IMG/VR virus record: IMGVR_UViG_3300020045_013853
Coordinates: 1-24,132 of that record
DNA from: a virus
Taxonomy: Duplodnaviria; Caudoviricetes
Strand: one strand, 5' to 3'
Length of the DNA stretch: 24,132 nucleotides
Shown here: in pieces, positions 7,196 through 16,605 of the stretch
How positions within the stretch are numbered: position 1 is the stretch's first letter
How the letters are laid out: the number at the start of each line of letters is the position of its first letter
Notes under the pieces: generated by a model
Seen by the model: only the letters and a program-made list of their open reading frames with translations
Told to the model about the DNA's origin: nothing
Database searches by the model: none
Program-made: the position numbers and the translations under genes

Positions 7196-9577
7196 TTAAT
7201 TATCAGAAAAATCTTCAAGATTTTCTGAATTGTCGCAGTCAATCAAAAAAGAATTTGCATGAATTTTTTCAGCATCACAAAAAATAGCCGCAGTTTCTTT
7301 TAAACTCAAAAAGGTTAAGTGCCTAGTGGGTGATGATGATATTGTTTTTTCATTATCCTTCAGAACAACAACACTTCGGCTTTTATCAGATTCAAATTTC
7401 ATCTTAGTAAAATACTGAGTAACTGAGTGTTGACTTAACTTATCCCAACCATTCTTGCCATGCTCCTTAGCCCACTGCAAAAAACCCGCATGGACAAGGG
7501 CAGTGCTAACCCTTGGCGATAAATCCCCTTCCCAGGTATCAGTGCCAATATTGCCAAACGTCTCATAAAGATAACCACGTTGCAAACAATCGGCAAAATA
7601 TTGGCCGACTGGACAGAGTGAGTGAAATCGCTGAACCTGGTTGCCTGATGTTTCAGGGTATGCCGTTATCCTAAACTCTGATAAGTCCATATTTTGCAAA
7701 TCGTACATAAACGCTTTTAAAACGTCTTTGTCCGCAATTGCCTTGTTAAGCCTATCCCAATAATCCCAATCCCCCTTTTTCGTGCTTGGCACATCTAAAA
7801 CAAACCACCGTCTTTCATCTTTTCCGCTTGGAACGACAAAATCATTATTACTGCTCATGAGTATTTTTAATCTGTTTACCTCTGATTGAGCATCTATGCC
7901 CTTTTTTTCAACCGTAAAAAAATCCTCTGTAACAATCCCTTTTAAAACGTTAGCCTGTTCATTACTACCCGCAAAAAAAGCCTCGTCTGCAAAGATAAAA
8001 GTTTTATTGGCTAAATGGGCGTTAAAATTCCCGGTCAAATGTTTGGCACTGCTTACCTGCATGGCATGACAGCCCCACAACCTTAACAACAGTTTTCCTA
8101 CTGTACCTTTTCCTATGCCCTTCTCCCCACGCATAACTACAGCTACCCCTGCCTGTTTTTCAGGATTTTGAAAGCCCCACGCTATCCATTTAATAAAATA
8201 TAGGAAATAATCCGCCACTCCGTCACAAATCACGTTTAAGAACAAATCTCTAATTAGATCAACTTGCTCAATAATGACTTTATCGGTTGATTGCATAGCA
8301 GGATAAGCAAAGCCGCGCCACAGGTTTAAGCAATGAGGTAGTTCAGGGATGCCGTTTTTAGCAGGTTGGAAAAAAACACCGTTAAGATATTGACACCGAC
8401 GCGGCGATTTAAACCACAAATTTCCAAGCGTCTCGAATTTTGGCTTGTCTTTTGAATCAATACCGACCTGTAAATGAATATTTGCATAACAGTCTAAAAA
8501 TGCGTTCTTGTGCAAATAAGCTATTTCCTCTTCGCCTTGAAAATTAATAGTTGTGCGTAAAATAAAAGTTTTCCCGCCTTGCGTGATTAAGTGATGATTG
8601 CGGTTAAGTTCGGCTATTGCCTGATTGATTTTTATCCAAAACTCATCATCTTCTGAGATAACATCCCCACTTATTGCCGCCGCTGGCTCTTCACTATCAG
8701 GAAAATCATCATAATTAATCTCATGACTAGACGGCACAAAACCCTGTTTTATCGCCCTATAAACGATGGTTTTGCAGGTGATAGAACTCGCATTAAACGA
8801 CCCCCATTTTTTTAAAGCCAGTTCCCGGTCATAGTCTTTATGCTTACTTGACCAGCTGGCAAACACTTCAAAATCATAGCCCCCGGCTTTCAATGCCTGA
8901 CCGTAATCAATCCAATCTTGATACTCATCACTACTTAAATAATCCAGTGCTTTTAAAACGTCATCATTCGCTTGATTTTCTGGCTTGACATAAACACTCA
9001 CATCTTTAGGCTTAGGCTCACTGAGAGCGATTAAAAGCGGTTCTGCATCAGGATTGTAATAAACGTCTGCATCAGTGCTAACAAAGCACGCGCGTCGAAT
9101 ATCTTTAATGCTTGGGTCGTTTGTGTAATTGCCAAGCAATGCTTGGACAGGCTCAAAATATTGCTTATATTCAAAGTCGTTTTTTACAGTTCCAATCCTG
9201 ATTCCCGCCTTTACTCCGTCGGCACTTGGTGACAAAAAAGCAAAAACACACTGCGGAATAGCCGACAAAAAAGCCCGGCACTCTTTCGCGCCTTGGTAGC
9301 CTAACCCATCAATATCAATGTTAAATATCCCACTGGCTACCAATAAAGAATCATTACTAACTTTCTTATTGAACGTGCCAGCGAATATGTACGATGGTAA
9401 ATTGTCTTTTAACTGCCTGTACTCGATAGATTTCCCATTCTCTAAAAATTCCATTCTGGCAGCATCCACTTTGCCGTTGTGTTTTCCTGTTTTTATCTCG
9501 TTGATAGCATCATCCAACGTCATGCGTCTAAATGATGACGGTGCATTGATTAGTGGTAAATAGGTTATTTCAAACAT
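7196..9577 (-). CDS. Primase-helicase: VirE_N/BT4734-like AEP primase + PriCT-2 + SF3 (D5/DUF5906-like) helicase
   Basis: K..LP...F.G.F and SG...IDID and F.SPS.DG.K primase motifs, Y.DWI..G.ALK...F..WS...KW.SF PriCT-2 pattern, Walker A GEKGIGKG, Walker B FADE, motif C SSNN, DERRWFV. Confidence 0.9.
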   Translation of the reverse strand: MFEITYLPLINAPSSFRRMTLDDAINEIKTGKHNGKVDAARMEFLENGKSIEYRQLKDNLPSYIFAGTFNKKVSNDSLLVASGIFNIDIDGLGYQGAKECRAFLSAIPQCVFAFLSPSADGVKAGIRIGTVKNDFEYKQYFEPVQALLGNYTNDPSIKDIRRACFVSTDADVYYNPDAEPLLIALSEPKPKDVSVYVKPENQANDDVLKALDYLSSDEYQDWIDYGQALKAGGYDFEVFASWSSKHKDYDRELALKKWGSFNASSITCKTIVYRAIKQGFVPSSHEINYDDFPDSEEPAAAISGDVISEDDEFWIKINQAIAELNRNHHLITQGGKTFILRTTINFQGEEEIAYLHKNAFLDCYANIHLQVGIDSKDKPKFETLGNLWFKSPRRCQYLNGVFFQPAKNGIPELPHCLNLWRGFAYPAMQSTDKVIIEQVDLIRDLFLNVICDGVADYFLYFIKWIAWGFQNPEKQAGVAVVMRGEKGIGKGTVGKLLLRLWGCHAMQVSSAKHLTGNFNAHLANKTFIFADEAFFAGSNEQANVLKGIVTEDFFTVEKKGIDAQSEVNRLKILMSSNNDFVVPSGKDERRWFVLDVPSTKKGDWDYWDRLNKAIADKDVLKAFMYDLQNMDLSEFRITAYPETSGNQVQRFHSLCPVGQYFADCLQRGYLYETFGNIGTDTWEGDLSPRVSTALVHAGFLQWAKEHGKNGWDKLSQHSVTQYFTKMKFESDKSRSVVVLKDNEKTISSSPTRHLTFLSLKETAAIFCDAEKIHANSFLIDCDNSENLEDFSDN

Positions 9578-9593
9578 TTGATACCACCAATGG

Positions 9594-10271
9594 TCATATT
9601 TTTTCGATTAACTGTAATAAATGATTAAAATCAGTAACCACACGCAATCGAAGTAAATTAATAAGCTGTTGCTCATAATCAGCACGTTGCTTAAGTTGCA
9701 AATAGTTAGCTGTATTCCAGTTGTTTCCATCGGGTTTAATTTTAACTTTCAGCGCAATTGCACAATCAATATAAGCTTGCACTTTGTCATAGTCTGCAAT
9801 TGTTAAATAGGCATCAATAGCAGCATTTAACCCAATAAATAAATCACCGCCATCATCCCGCCACTGTAAAATTTTTGACTCAATAAATGTCTTATACATT
9901 TCAAGTCTAAATTTCGCGTCCAGTCTTCCAGCAGCATCTAGTAAAATGTAAAGGTGCGCCCATGTGCCGCCGCCTTTTCCTCGCTTGGTTTTAATCAATG
10001 TACTTTTAATAGTGGGAACAACTCCATTTTTTAAATGTGTGGATTCCACACATTTACTTGCTATACCTAGGTCAGACTCAATTGCCCTGATAAACTCCAG
10101 AGTTTCCGGGCTTCTTAAAAAGTTATTAAGGTCTAAAGGATTTAATCCGTTTGATATTCTGTAACTATTGCCAATTTTCCATACATCAGTCAGAGAGCCA
10201 ATCATGGTTTTATGTTCAATCGGCAAAGCGTGAGAGCCTATTTTTACTAGCATTTGTTGATTAGTTTTCAT
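9594..10271 (-). CDS. KilA-N domain DNA-binding protein
   Basis: SLTDVWK, FLRSPET.EFI and RGKGGGTWAH..I..D.A..L..KF motifs. Confidence 0.85.
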   Translation of the reverse strand: MKTNQQMLVKIGSHALPIEHKTMIGSLTDVWKIGNSYRISNGLNPLDLNNFLRSPETLEFIRAIESDLGIASKCVESTHLKNGVVPTIKSTLIKTKRGKGGGTWAHLYILLDAAGRLDAKFRLEMYKTFIESKILQWRDDGGDLFIGLNAAIDAYLTIADYDKVQAYIDCAIALKVKIKPDGNNWNTANYLQLKQRADYEQQLINLLRLRVVTDFNHLLQLIEKI

Positions 10272-10304
10272 TGAATGTATTCTCTATAAGTTACTGTGTA
10301 AAAG

Positions 10305-10340
10305 ATTTTACTTGATTTTATAAAATACTTAAAGTAAAAT
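10305..10340. promoter_or_regulatory. Nested palindrome in the divergent promoter region (operator candidate)
   Basis: ATTTTACTT/AAGTAAAAT arms around an inner ATTTTATAAAAT palindrome, between divergent operons. Confidence 0.35.
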
Positions 10341-10527
10341 TTTCAACCAATGGAGCTACAGCAAAGAAAAGCTAGGATTTTGAGAAGTGATGCTGAAAAA
10401 GGCAGGATAAGGGATTTTTAGATTGATAATAGGATTATGCGACATATCGCCAGCCCGACATACTATAAAGTGATAGTTACCAATTGCCTATAGTGGCTAA
10501 CGTTATAATTAAAACAGGACAAACACT

Positions 10528-10740
10528 ATGAAACAATACAAAATTATTTTAACGGTTGAAATAGTCTTTGACTATCAACCCGCTGAACCGCAAAACGGGG
10601 TTAGGGAAGATATGAATTTTCATTCATGTACGCCACCTTATTTAGAGCGAATTTTAAACTGCCCAGAAATGGAGCTTATCGCATTGCGAGATAAAAAACT
10701 TAATGCGCAATTGGCAAAAGTTTTTGGAGATTATAAGTGA
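10528..10740 (+). CDS. Hypothetical protein
   Basis: 70 aa, AGGA RBS, first gene of the rightward operon. Confidence 0.6.
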   Translation: MKQYKIILTVEIVFDYQPAEPQNGVREDMNFHSCTPPYLERILNCPEMELIALRDKKLNAQLAKVFGDYK

Positions 10741-11168
10741 GCCTAGCAGACATAAACCCAGAAGTAGCACAAATCATTGGAGCTGCTGAACTGGTAGCAA
10801 AAGAGATTGAACAGCTTACAACTGTATCAAAGCAAATCAATGACAGACTGGATTTTTTAACACAGTACACAGTGGGAATCCATGAAATTTGTCATAATTT
10901 AGCGATAGCGGCTAAATTAGTAGCAACACCTGTCATAGAGACAGAATCAATTTGTCTAGGCATTGAAGAAGAACAGCGGCTAGTTTGGGATTTACTGAAA
11001 AAACTAATCTCAACGCCCGGCGGTGATAAAAAAGCCTCTGAGATTGTTAAAACTCACTGCCCCAAAATGGAAGGTAAAGCACTCGACAAAATCAGGGCAA
11101 TGACTGACGAAAATGCACTGTTTGAAATGCGTAAAGCAATTAATCAAGCAATGCCAGTTAAAGGCTAA
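10737..11168 (+). CDS. Hypothetical protein
   Basis: 143 aa, GGAG RBS, GTGA overlap with the upstream gene. Confidence 0.7.
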   Translation: MSLADINPEVAQIIGAAELVAKEIEQLTTVSKQINDRLDFLTQYTVGIHEICHNLAIAAKLVATPVIETESICLGIEEEQRLVWDLLKKLISTPGGDKKASEIVKTHCPKMEGKALDKIRAMTDENALFEMRKAINQAMPVKG

Positions 11169-11219
11169 AGCCGTGAGCCTATTTAATCATGGCAAAATTA
11201 AGCAAAAAAGGTAAACAAA

Positions 11220-11879
11220 ATGACTGTTAAAATCGAAACTTTAGACGCAAAAAATCACAATTACAGATTAAAAATTGCAGGATGTAGATTAGGCGCGTTT
11301 CCTAATTTGTTTGTACCATCAAAACAGGAAGGTAGCAAAGGCAATGCACGTTATACAGCTTCTTTTCATATTCCCGTTGGCGATGAAGGATTGGAAGAGC
11401 TGAAAAAACTCATCAGCGATTTAAGCCGATCCGAAGTCAGAAAACCCGCTGATATTATTGGCGGAACTAACTGCCCTTTGTCAGACGGTAACGAAAACAT
11501 AAACAAGGATGGCCAGATTTATCGCGGGTCTGAAAATACTTTTATCCTGAAAGCGGCACGACAAGAAAAACAGAACGCTCCTGCGGTTGTTAAAAAAATC
11601 AAAGGGCAGGTTTTACCAGCAACGGATAATGAGATTTATGCCGGGTGTTATGTAAACGCGATTATTGATATTTATGTGCTGAAAGCCAACCCTGCGAAAG
11701 AAATAGCAGGCCGGGTATGCGCTACTATTGTCAGTGTAATGTTTGCAAAAGACGGTGAACGGTTTGGCGGTGGTGGTAGTGTAGCTGCCGATTCAGATTT
11801 TGATGATTTTGAAGATTCACAACTGGAAGATTTCAGCGAAGATGAATCAGAAGAAATGCCGCCTTGGTTAGATAATTAG
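11220..11879 (+). CDS. Single-stranded DNA-binding protein, DUF2815 / T7 gp2.5-like
   Basis: RL.FP.LF, PL.DG, IYAGCYVNA, V.F.KDGERFGGG motifs and an acidic C-terminal tail. Confidence 0.88.
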   Translation: MTVKIETLDAKNHNYRLKIAGCRLGAFPNLFVPSKQEGSKGNARYTASFHIPVGDEGLEELKKLISDLSRSEVRKPADIIGGTNCPLSDGNENINKDGQIYRGSENTFILKAARQEKQNAPAVVKKIKGQVLPATDNEIYAGCYVNAIIDIYVLKANPAKEIAGRVCATIVSVMFAKDGERFGGGGSVAADSDFDDFEDSQLEDFSEDESEEMPPWLDN

Positions 11880-11889
11880 GATTTCCACA

Positions 11890-11903
11890 GCGCAGGGAAG
11901 CGC
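11890..11903 (+). promoter_or_regulatory. CsrA/RsmA-type ARGGA hexaloop hairpin
   Basis: GCGC-AGGGAA-GCGC, 10 nt after the SSB stop and just before the next RBS. Confidence 0.5.
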
Positions 11904-11923
11904 AATTTTAAGAGGAAAAAGCT

Positions 11924-12316
11924 ATGGAAATATCACTAATAGCAGACGGTCATGAATTTGTCCCGGTTGAAAGATTGGCGGTTGGTCACTCATTTATAGC
12001 AGTCGTTGAAAGAGTAGCAGAAGGGAAAGTTTTCGATCCTGAGATTGAAATTTTAGATGAAAAAACAGGCGAGATACGCCACCCTTTCAGCGTTCAGGAA
12101 TGTGTTTATTTTTTAGAGCGCAATCCCCAAACAGGCGAACAATATCACCGCTACTACGCGGCAAAAGTGCTAAAAGGAAAGATAATCGAAGGCATTGAGT
12201 CTGGTATTTACGAACTCAATAAAACTGTTTTAAAGGTGGTTTTGACTGGTTGGCAGTGGAATCATAAAAAAACGTATCAGTATTCAAATTGGCAAATATT
12301 CAGGGGTAAAAAATGA
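11924..12316 (+). CDS. Hypothetical protein
   Basis: 130 aa, GAGGA RBS. Confidence 0.7.
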   Translation: MEISLIADGHEFVPVERLAVGHSFIAVVERVAEGKVFDPEIEILDEKTGEIRHPFSVQECVYFLERNPQTGEQYHRYYAAKVLKGKIIEGIESGIYELNKTVLKVVLTGWQWNHKKTYQYSNWQIFRGKK

Positions 12317-13212
12317 CAGAATTAATTGATTGGGATGTTGATTTTGACGAGCCAACACAAAACAGCGAACAAGTTGAGTTCGCTCGTAAGCGTTCCGGTG
12401 GTGTAGGTGCTAGTAAAATCCACGCGATTTGCACTTATCAGCCTGACTATAACCAATTGCCAGATTTAAAAAAAGAATTAGCAATAATCGAATCAGAACT
12501 GGACAGAAAAGGCGTTTTTAATTATTTGGCAGAAAATACACCAAGCGAAACAATTGAAGCCGAATTAAAAAAAGCAAGTGCAATTACTGCATACCGGGCA
12601 GCGGAAGCAACACTAAAAAAGATTGACGCAATCAATAACGACTCTCTACCAGAAGGAGCGTTAGAACTTGCTGAAACAATCGCACTTGAAAGGCTCACTG
12701 GATTTTGTGAAGAGTCGGACGTTGGATTCGATTCCCCCGCTACACGATGGGGAAAAAAATACGAAGCTGAGGCAATTGAGGCGTTAAAAGCTGAATATCC
12801 CGACTATGATTTTTTATTCGTAAATGATGAGCAAAAAAGCTTTCAACTTTTAGATTATCCGCACCAATGGGCCACACCTGATGCGGTGCTGTCCATTGCC
12901 GGGTATCACATTGCCGCACTTGACATAAAATGCCCGTTCGATAGAAAAGTGCATTTTAGAAACTGTAAAAAACTAACTGACCGCGAAAGTTTTAAAAAAA
13001 TGCACTCAGCTTACTATTGGCAGGGTGTTTGTCAAATGTTAGCAACTGGTTTAACAGCGTTTTGGTTCGTAAGCTATGACCCGCGCTGCAAAGATATCAA
13101 GATTCCCTCGCTGGTTGCTCACAAATTTGAATTATACCAACCTGATGCGGATTTTCTGTTAAGCCGTGTGGCGATGTTTGAGAATGAAGTTTTGAGGATT
13201 ATGGAGTGTTAG
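12313..13212 (+). CDS. YqaJ/lambda-exonuclease-like PD-(D/E)xK nuclease
   Basis: R.G.VGASK, WG..YE..A, TPD, DIKCP, YYWQ...QM, F.SYDPR. Contains a helical insertion in the N-terminal half. Confidence 0.88.
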   Translation: MTELIDWDVDFDEPTQNSEQVEFARKRSGGVGASKIHAICTYQPDYNQLPDLKKELAIIESELDRKGVFNYLAENTPSETIEAELKKASAITAYRAAEATLKKIDAINNDSLPEGALELAETIALERLTGFCEESDVGFDSPATRWGKKYEAEAIEALKAEYPDYDFLFVNDEQKSFQLLDYPHQWATPDAVLSIAGYHIAALDIKCPFDRKVHFRNCKKLTDRESFKKMHSAYYWQGVCQMLATGLTAFWFVSYDPRCKDIKIPSLVAHKFELYQPDADFLLSRVAMFENEVLRIMEC

Positions 13213-13481
13213 AGCGCGACATAGAAAGATATTTTACAGCACAATGCAAAAAACACGGGCTACTCCAATATAAATTCAGTAGCCCAGCGGTTCGCAGTGT
13301 GCCAGACAGATTGCTGATACATAACGGCATAACGCAGTTTATTGAGTTTAAAGCCACTGGCAAACTACCAACCGAAAAACAATCCGCTGAACATTTTAAA
13401 ATCTATTCAGCGGGGGCTAAAGTTTGGGTCGTGGACTCGCGTGATGGTGTGGATATTTTAATTGGTGAGGTTTTGAAATAA
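13206..13481 (+). CDS. VRR-NUC domain nuclease
   Basis: E..IE, KF.SP....VPDR, FIEFKA, T..Q, V.VVDS motifs. Confidence 0.9.
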   Translation: MLERDIERYFTAQCKKHGLLQYKFSSPAVRSVPDRLLIHNGITQFIEFKATGKLPTEKQSAEHFKIYSAGAKVWVVDSRDGVDILIGEVLK

Positions 13482-13587
13482 TGATATAATTATTTTGTGG
13501 TCTAGGCTTAGCGGCTGAAAATGGCTTGAACACCCATTGACCACATAATCCTTTGTTCAATAACCTACCGTTCAATAGGTCATCAAA
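13482..13587 (+). ncRNA. Structured leader RNA, copy 1 (extended -10 + three-way junction + SD-masking hairpin)
   Basis: TGATATAAT 13482-13490. P1 TGTGGTC/GACCACA, P2 GGC-TTAGCG-GCT, P3 AATGG-CTTGAACAC-CCATT. Loop complements TGTTCAA 13554-13560 and GTTCAA 13570-13575. Confidence 0.75.
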
Positions 13588-14169
13588 ATGCAATTATACA
13601 AGTTAGATTTTCCAAACGGCAAAAGCTATATTGGAATAACATCAAAAACAGCTCAAGAAAGATTTAATCAGCATTGCTGCAAATCTAAAAACAAAAACCC
13701 TTGCCAACTAGCTATCCACAAATACGGCAAAGAAAATATAATTATCAATGTTTTAGCAGAATGTAACGATTGGGAGTTGCTCTGTCTGGCAGAACAAGAA
13801 GCTATTGAAAAATTTAATACATTCAAGCCAAGCGGATATAACCTTACAAAAGGCGGTGAAGGAGTTTTTGGCTTAAAATGGGATGATTTAAGTAATCATA
13901 GAAACTTGCGACCATTTTCAGATGAAACTAGATTGAAGATGTCCATTTCCGCTTCAAATAAAAGTAAAAATCATAGAAACAAAATTTCTCAAGCCAATAA
14001 AATAGCACAATCAACCATCGAGGCAAAGGAAAGACAAAGAAAGATTGCTATTGCACAGCGCAAAAAACAAAGAGAAGCAAAAGAACAGAAAGAAAAAGAA
14101 TTGGCATCCCATAAGGCAACAATCAGAACTAAAAGATTGTTACGCGAAATGGCGGATAGCTTTAAATAA
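13588..14169 (+). CDS. Free-standing GIY-YIG homing endonuclease with NUMOD3-like helical repeats
   Basis: QLY...GKSYIGIT, catalytic R (ERF..H), AI.KYG.EN, E...I, GYNLT.GGEG, FSDETRLKMS. Confidence 0.9.
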   Translation: MQLYKLDFPNGKSYIGITSKTAQERFNQHCCKSKNKNPCQLAIHKYGKENIIINVLAECNDWELLCLAEQEAIEKFNTFKPSGYNLTKGGEGVFGLKWDDLSNHRNLRPFSDETRLKMSISASNKSKNHRNKISQANKIAQSTIEAKERQRKIAIAQRKKQREAKEQKEKELASHKATIRTKRLLREMADSFK

Positions 14170-14174
14170 TTACT

Positions 14175-14219
14175 AAACCCTGCTCTATGGCACTCGTCCT
14201 GTCATATCAGGGTTTTTTT
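14175..14219 (+). terminator. Long interrupted-stem terminator/attenuator upstream of rha
   Basis: AAACCCTG..TATGGCA-CTCGTCC-TGTCATA.CAGGGTTT followed by a T tract. Confidence 0.65.
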
Positions 14220-14233
14220 ATGCGAGAAAGAAA

Positions 14234-14878
14234 ATGTTAGTAGTATTTAATAGTTCAGAAAACACAATGTCCAGTTTAGAGATTGCTGAATTAACAGGCA
14301 AGCCTCATAACGATGTTTTAAAAGACATCCGCCGGATACTTGCAGAAGCAGAAATAGGAGAGGGGAAATTTTCCCACACCTATTTATCATCCCAAAATAA
14401 ACAACTCCCATGTTTTAATCTTCCCCGGCGGGAATGTGATTTAGTTATTGCAGGGTATTCTGTCAAATATCGTCTTGCTATTATTGACCGTTGGCAAGAA
14501 CTAGAAAAGACTAAAAATGCACAATTACCACAAACCTACATTGAGGCATTGCAACAACTTATCATCAAAGAACAGGAAAGAGAAAGATTAGAGATTGAAA
14601 ACAAAAAACTAAACACACTCATAGATAATGAGTTTGGCTATGTCTCCATAATTCGCGCGGCTGCTTATCTTGAAGTAAATGAAAAAGTTTTTAATTGGTC
14701 TGTGTTAAAAACCATGACCAAAGGGTTAGGATTAGAAGTTAAAAAAGTACCAAGTCCACGTTTTGCATATATGAACCTTTACCCAATTAAGGCTTTTCAA
14801 ATGGCTTATCCTGATTATGATTTTTCAGACTTAGAGCCTGAGCATTTAGACGACAAAGCAAAACTTATTTTAAACTAA
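14234..14878 (+). CDS. rha: Rha-family phage regulatory protein / antirepressor
   Basis: TMSSLEIAELTGK.H..VLKDIR, GYS.K.R..IIDRWQELE, LPQTY.EAL..L coiled coil. Confidence 0.9.
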   Translation: MLVVFNSSENTMSSLEIAELTGKPHNDVLKDIRRILAEAEIGEGKFSHTYLSSQNKQLPCFNLPRRECDLVIAGYSVKYRLAIIDRWQELEKTKNAQLPQTYIEALQQLIIKEQERERLEIENKKLNTLIDNEFGYVSIIRAAAYLEVNEKVFNWSVLKTMTKGLGLEVKKVPSPRFAYMNLYPIKAFQMAYPDYDFSDLEPEHLDDKAKLILN

Positions 14879-14884
14879 CCACCC

Positions 14885-14920
14885 AACCCGCCGCGATAGC
14901 ATCAAAGCGGGTTTATTTTT
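14885..14920 (+). terminator. Putative intrinsic terminator
   Basis: AACCCGC...GCGGGTT stem followed by TATTTTT. Confidence 0.5.
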
Positions 14921-14931
14921 GAGATAAAAAA

Positions 14932-15306
14932 ATGTATTTAGAAACTCTTTTTAAAATTATATCAATCTCTGAAAATGTTGCTATTTTAAAATCACTTGAT
15001 AATAAAAACGAAACTATAACAATGCCTATAGGAGATGTTTATTGCATGACTGATTGGGATTATTACCCATTTGCACAAGATAGTTATGACATAAACCCAT
15101 TTAATCCTCTTCCTGATTTTAAAAAAGGAAAATTGCATCCTGCTTTTGATACTGAACATAGAATAAATTCATGGCTAATGTTTTGCCAATTTGAACGAAC
15201 TATTATTAGTGATAGAACAGATAGATGGGAGCAAGTGCGACTAACAGAAAAGCAATTAAATCGGTTTAATAAAAGATATTGGAGCAAGTTAAATGCTAAC
15301 CCTTAA
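14932..15306 (+). CDS. Hypothetical protein (AT-rich)
   Basis: 124 aa ORF that overlaps the helicase start. Confidence 0.6.
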   Translation: MYLETLFKIISISENVAILKSLDNKNETITMPIGDVYCMTDWDYYPFAQDSYDINPFNPLPDFKKGKLHPAFDTEHRINSWLMFCQFERTIISDRTDRWEQVRLTEKQLNRFNKRYWSKLNANP

Positions 15307-16605
15307 AAACCTGCACGGCTACCAAAAGCGGTTTATTCGATTTATTTTAGAGCGCAGAAAGGTTTGCGGATTTATAGACATGGGCATGGGAAAAACTGTA
15401 AGCACACTAACCGCCGTAAACCACCTGCTAACCACTAACAAAATTAAAAAGGTTCTTATTTTAGCCCCGCTTAGAGTGGCTTGGCACACTTGGGACAGCG
15501 AGGCTTTAAATTGGGAACACTTACAGCACTTGCAAATCAGCAAGATTTTAGGAGCTGTAGCAAATCGAGAACACGCGCTTAAATCTGATAAACCGATCCA
15601 CATAATCAACGTTGACAATATTCCGTGGCTAGTCGGTTATCTTGGCAAAAGCGGCTTTGATTACGATTGCCTGGTGATTGACGAACTATCGCAATTTAAA
15701 AACTCATCATCTAAACGCTGGAAAGAATTAAAAAAGACATTGCCAAGGTTTAAATACGTCATAGGATTGACTGGAACGCCCTGCCCTAACTCACTTTTAG
15801 AGCTTTGGAGTCAACTGTTTTTAATTGATAAAGGCGAAAGACTAGGAAAATCTTTTTATCAGTTTAAGCAGCACTATTTTACCCCTGATTACATGGGATA
15901 TAACCACACGATTAAGCCCGGTTCAGAAATTGAGATACAGAACAAAATAAAGGATATTTGCTTAAGCATGTCTGCTGCTGATTATCACCAGTTATTTTTA
16001 ACAATGTTTTAGTTGAGTTGCCACAATCGGCGCGTAAGGCTTACGACAAGCTTAAAAAAGACATGATTGCAGAGATACAAGGCATTCAAGTCAATCCAGC
16101 TAATGCTGCTGTTTTGGTTGGGAAACTACAGCAAATAGCACAAGGTTTCGCCTACTCTGAAACTGAGACTATCCAGATTCACACCGCAAAACTGGACGCG
16201 CTTGAAGAAATAATGAGCGAGGCGGGTAGTAATGCACTGCTGTTTTATAAATTCAAACGAGATGCTGAGGCGATAAAAAAAGCCTTTCCTGAATCTGTGA
16301 ACGTATCAGAACCAGGAGCGATTGAGAATTGGAATAACGGCAAAATCAGGCTGTTAATTGCCCACCCCATGAGTGCTGGACACGGGCTATCACTACAGTA
16401 TGGCGGTAACGTAATTGTATGGTATGGGCTTACTCATTCATGTGAGCTGTATTTACAGGGCAATGCGCGAATTGATAGACAAGGAAAAACCAAAACAACA
16501 ATAATTCATAGAATTATTTGTAAAGATACGGTTGATAGTTCAATAATTGCAGTAGTAGAGCGGCGTGAAAACATACAGACAGCTCTATTGAAATCATTAA
16601 AATAA
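15293..16605 (+). pseudogene. SNF2-family phage helicase split by a frameshift near 15981-16010
   Basis: N-half: HGYQ, DMGMGKT, DELS, LTGTP. C-half: HPMSAGHGLSLQ, Q.NARIDRQG. The -1 frame reads SPVIFNNVLVELPQ straight into the second ORF. Confidence 0.8.

Noticed and set aside
13496-13545. Leader as tRNA, hammerhead ribozyme or bona fide C4 RNA
   Set aside because: No cloverleaf or T-loop, no CUGAnGA core, and no recognisable C4 sequence. Only the three-stem topology is shared.
13482-14233. Group I intron hosting the GIY-YIG genes
   Set aside because: Flanking genes end in complete stops, the non-coding flanks are too short, and I could not see P7/R-S core sequences.
14170-15306. Displaced VRR-NUC 3' end after cassette 1
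   Set aside because: Translation after the nuclease stop gives no match. The TEKQ shared with the end of the 124-aa ORF is too short and the following residues do not align.
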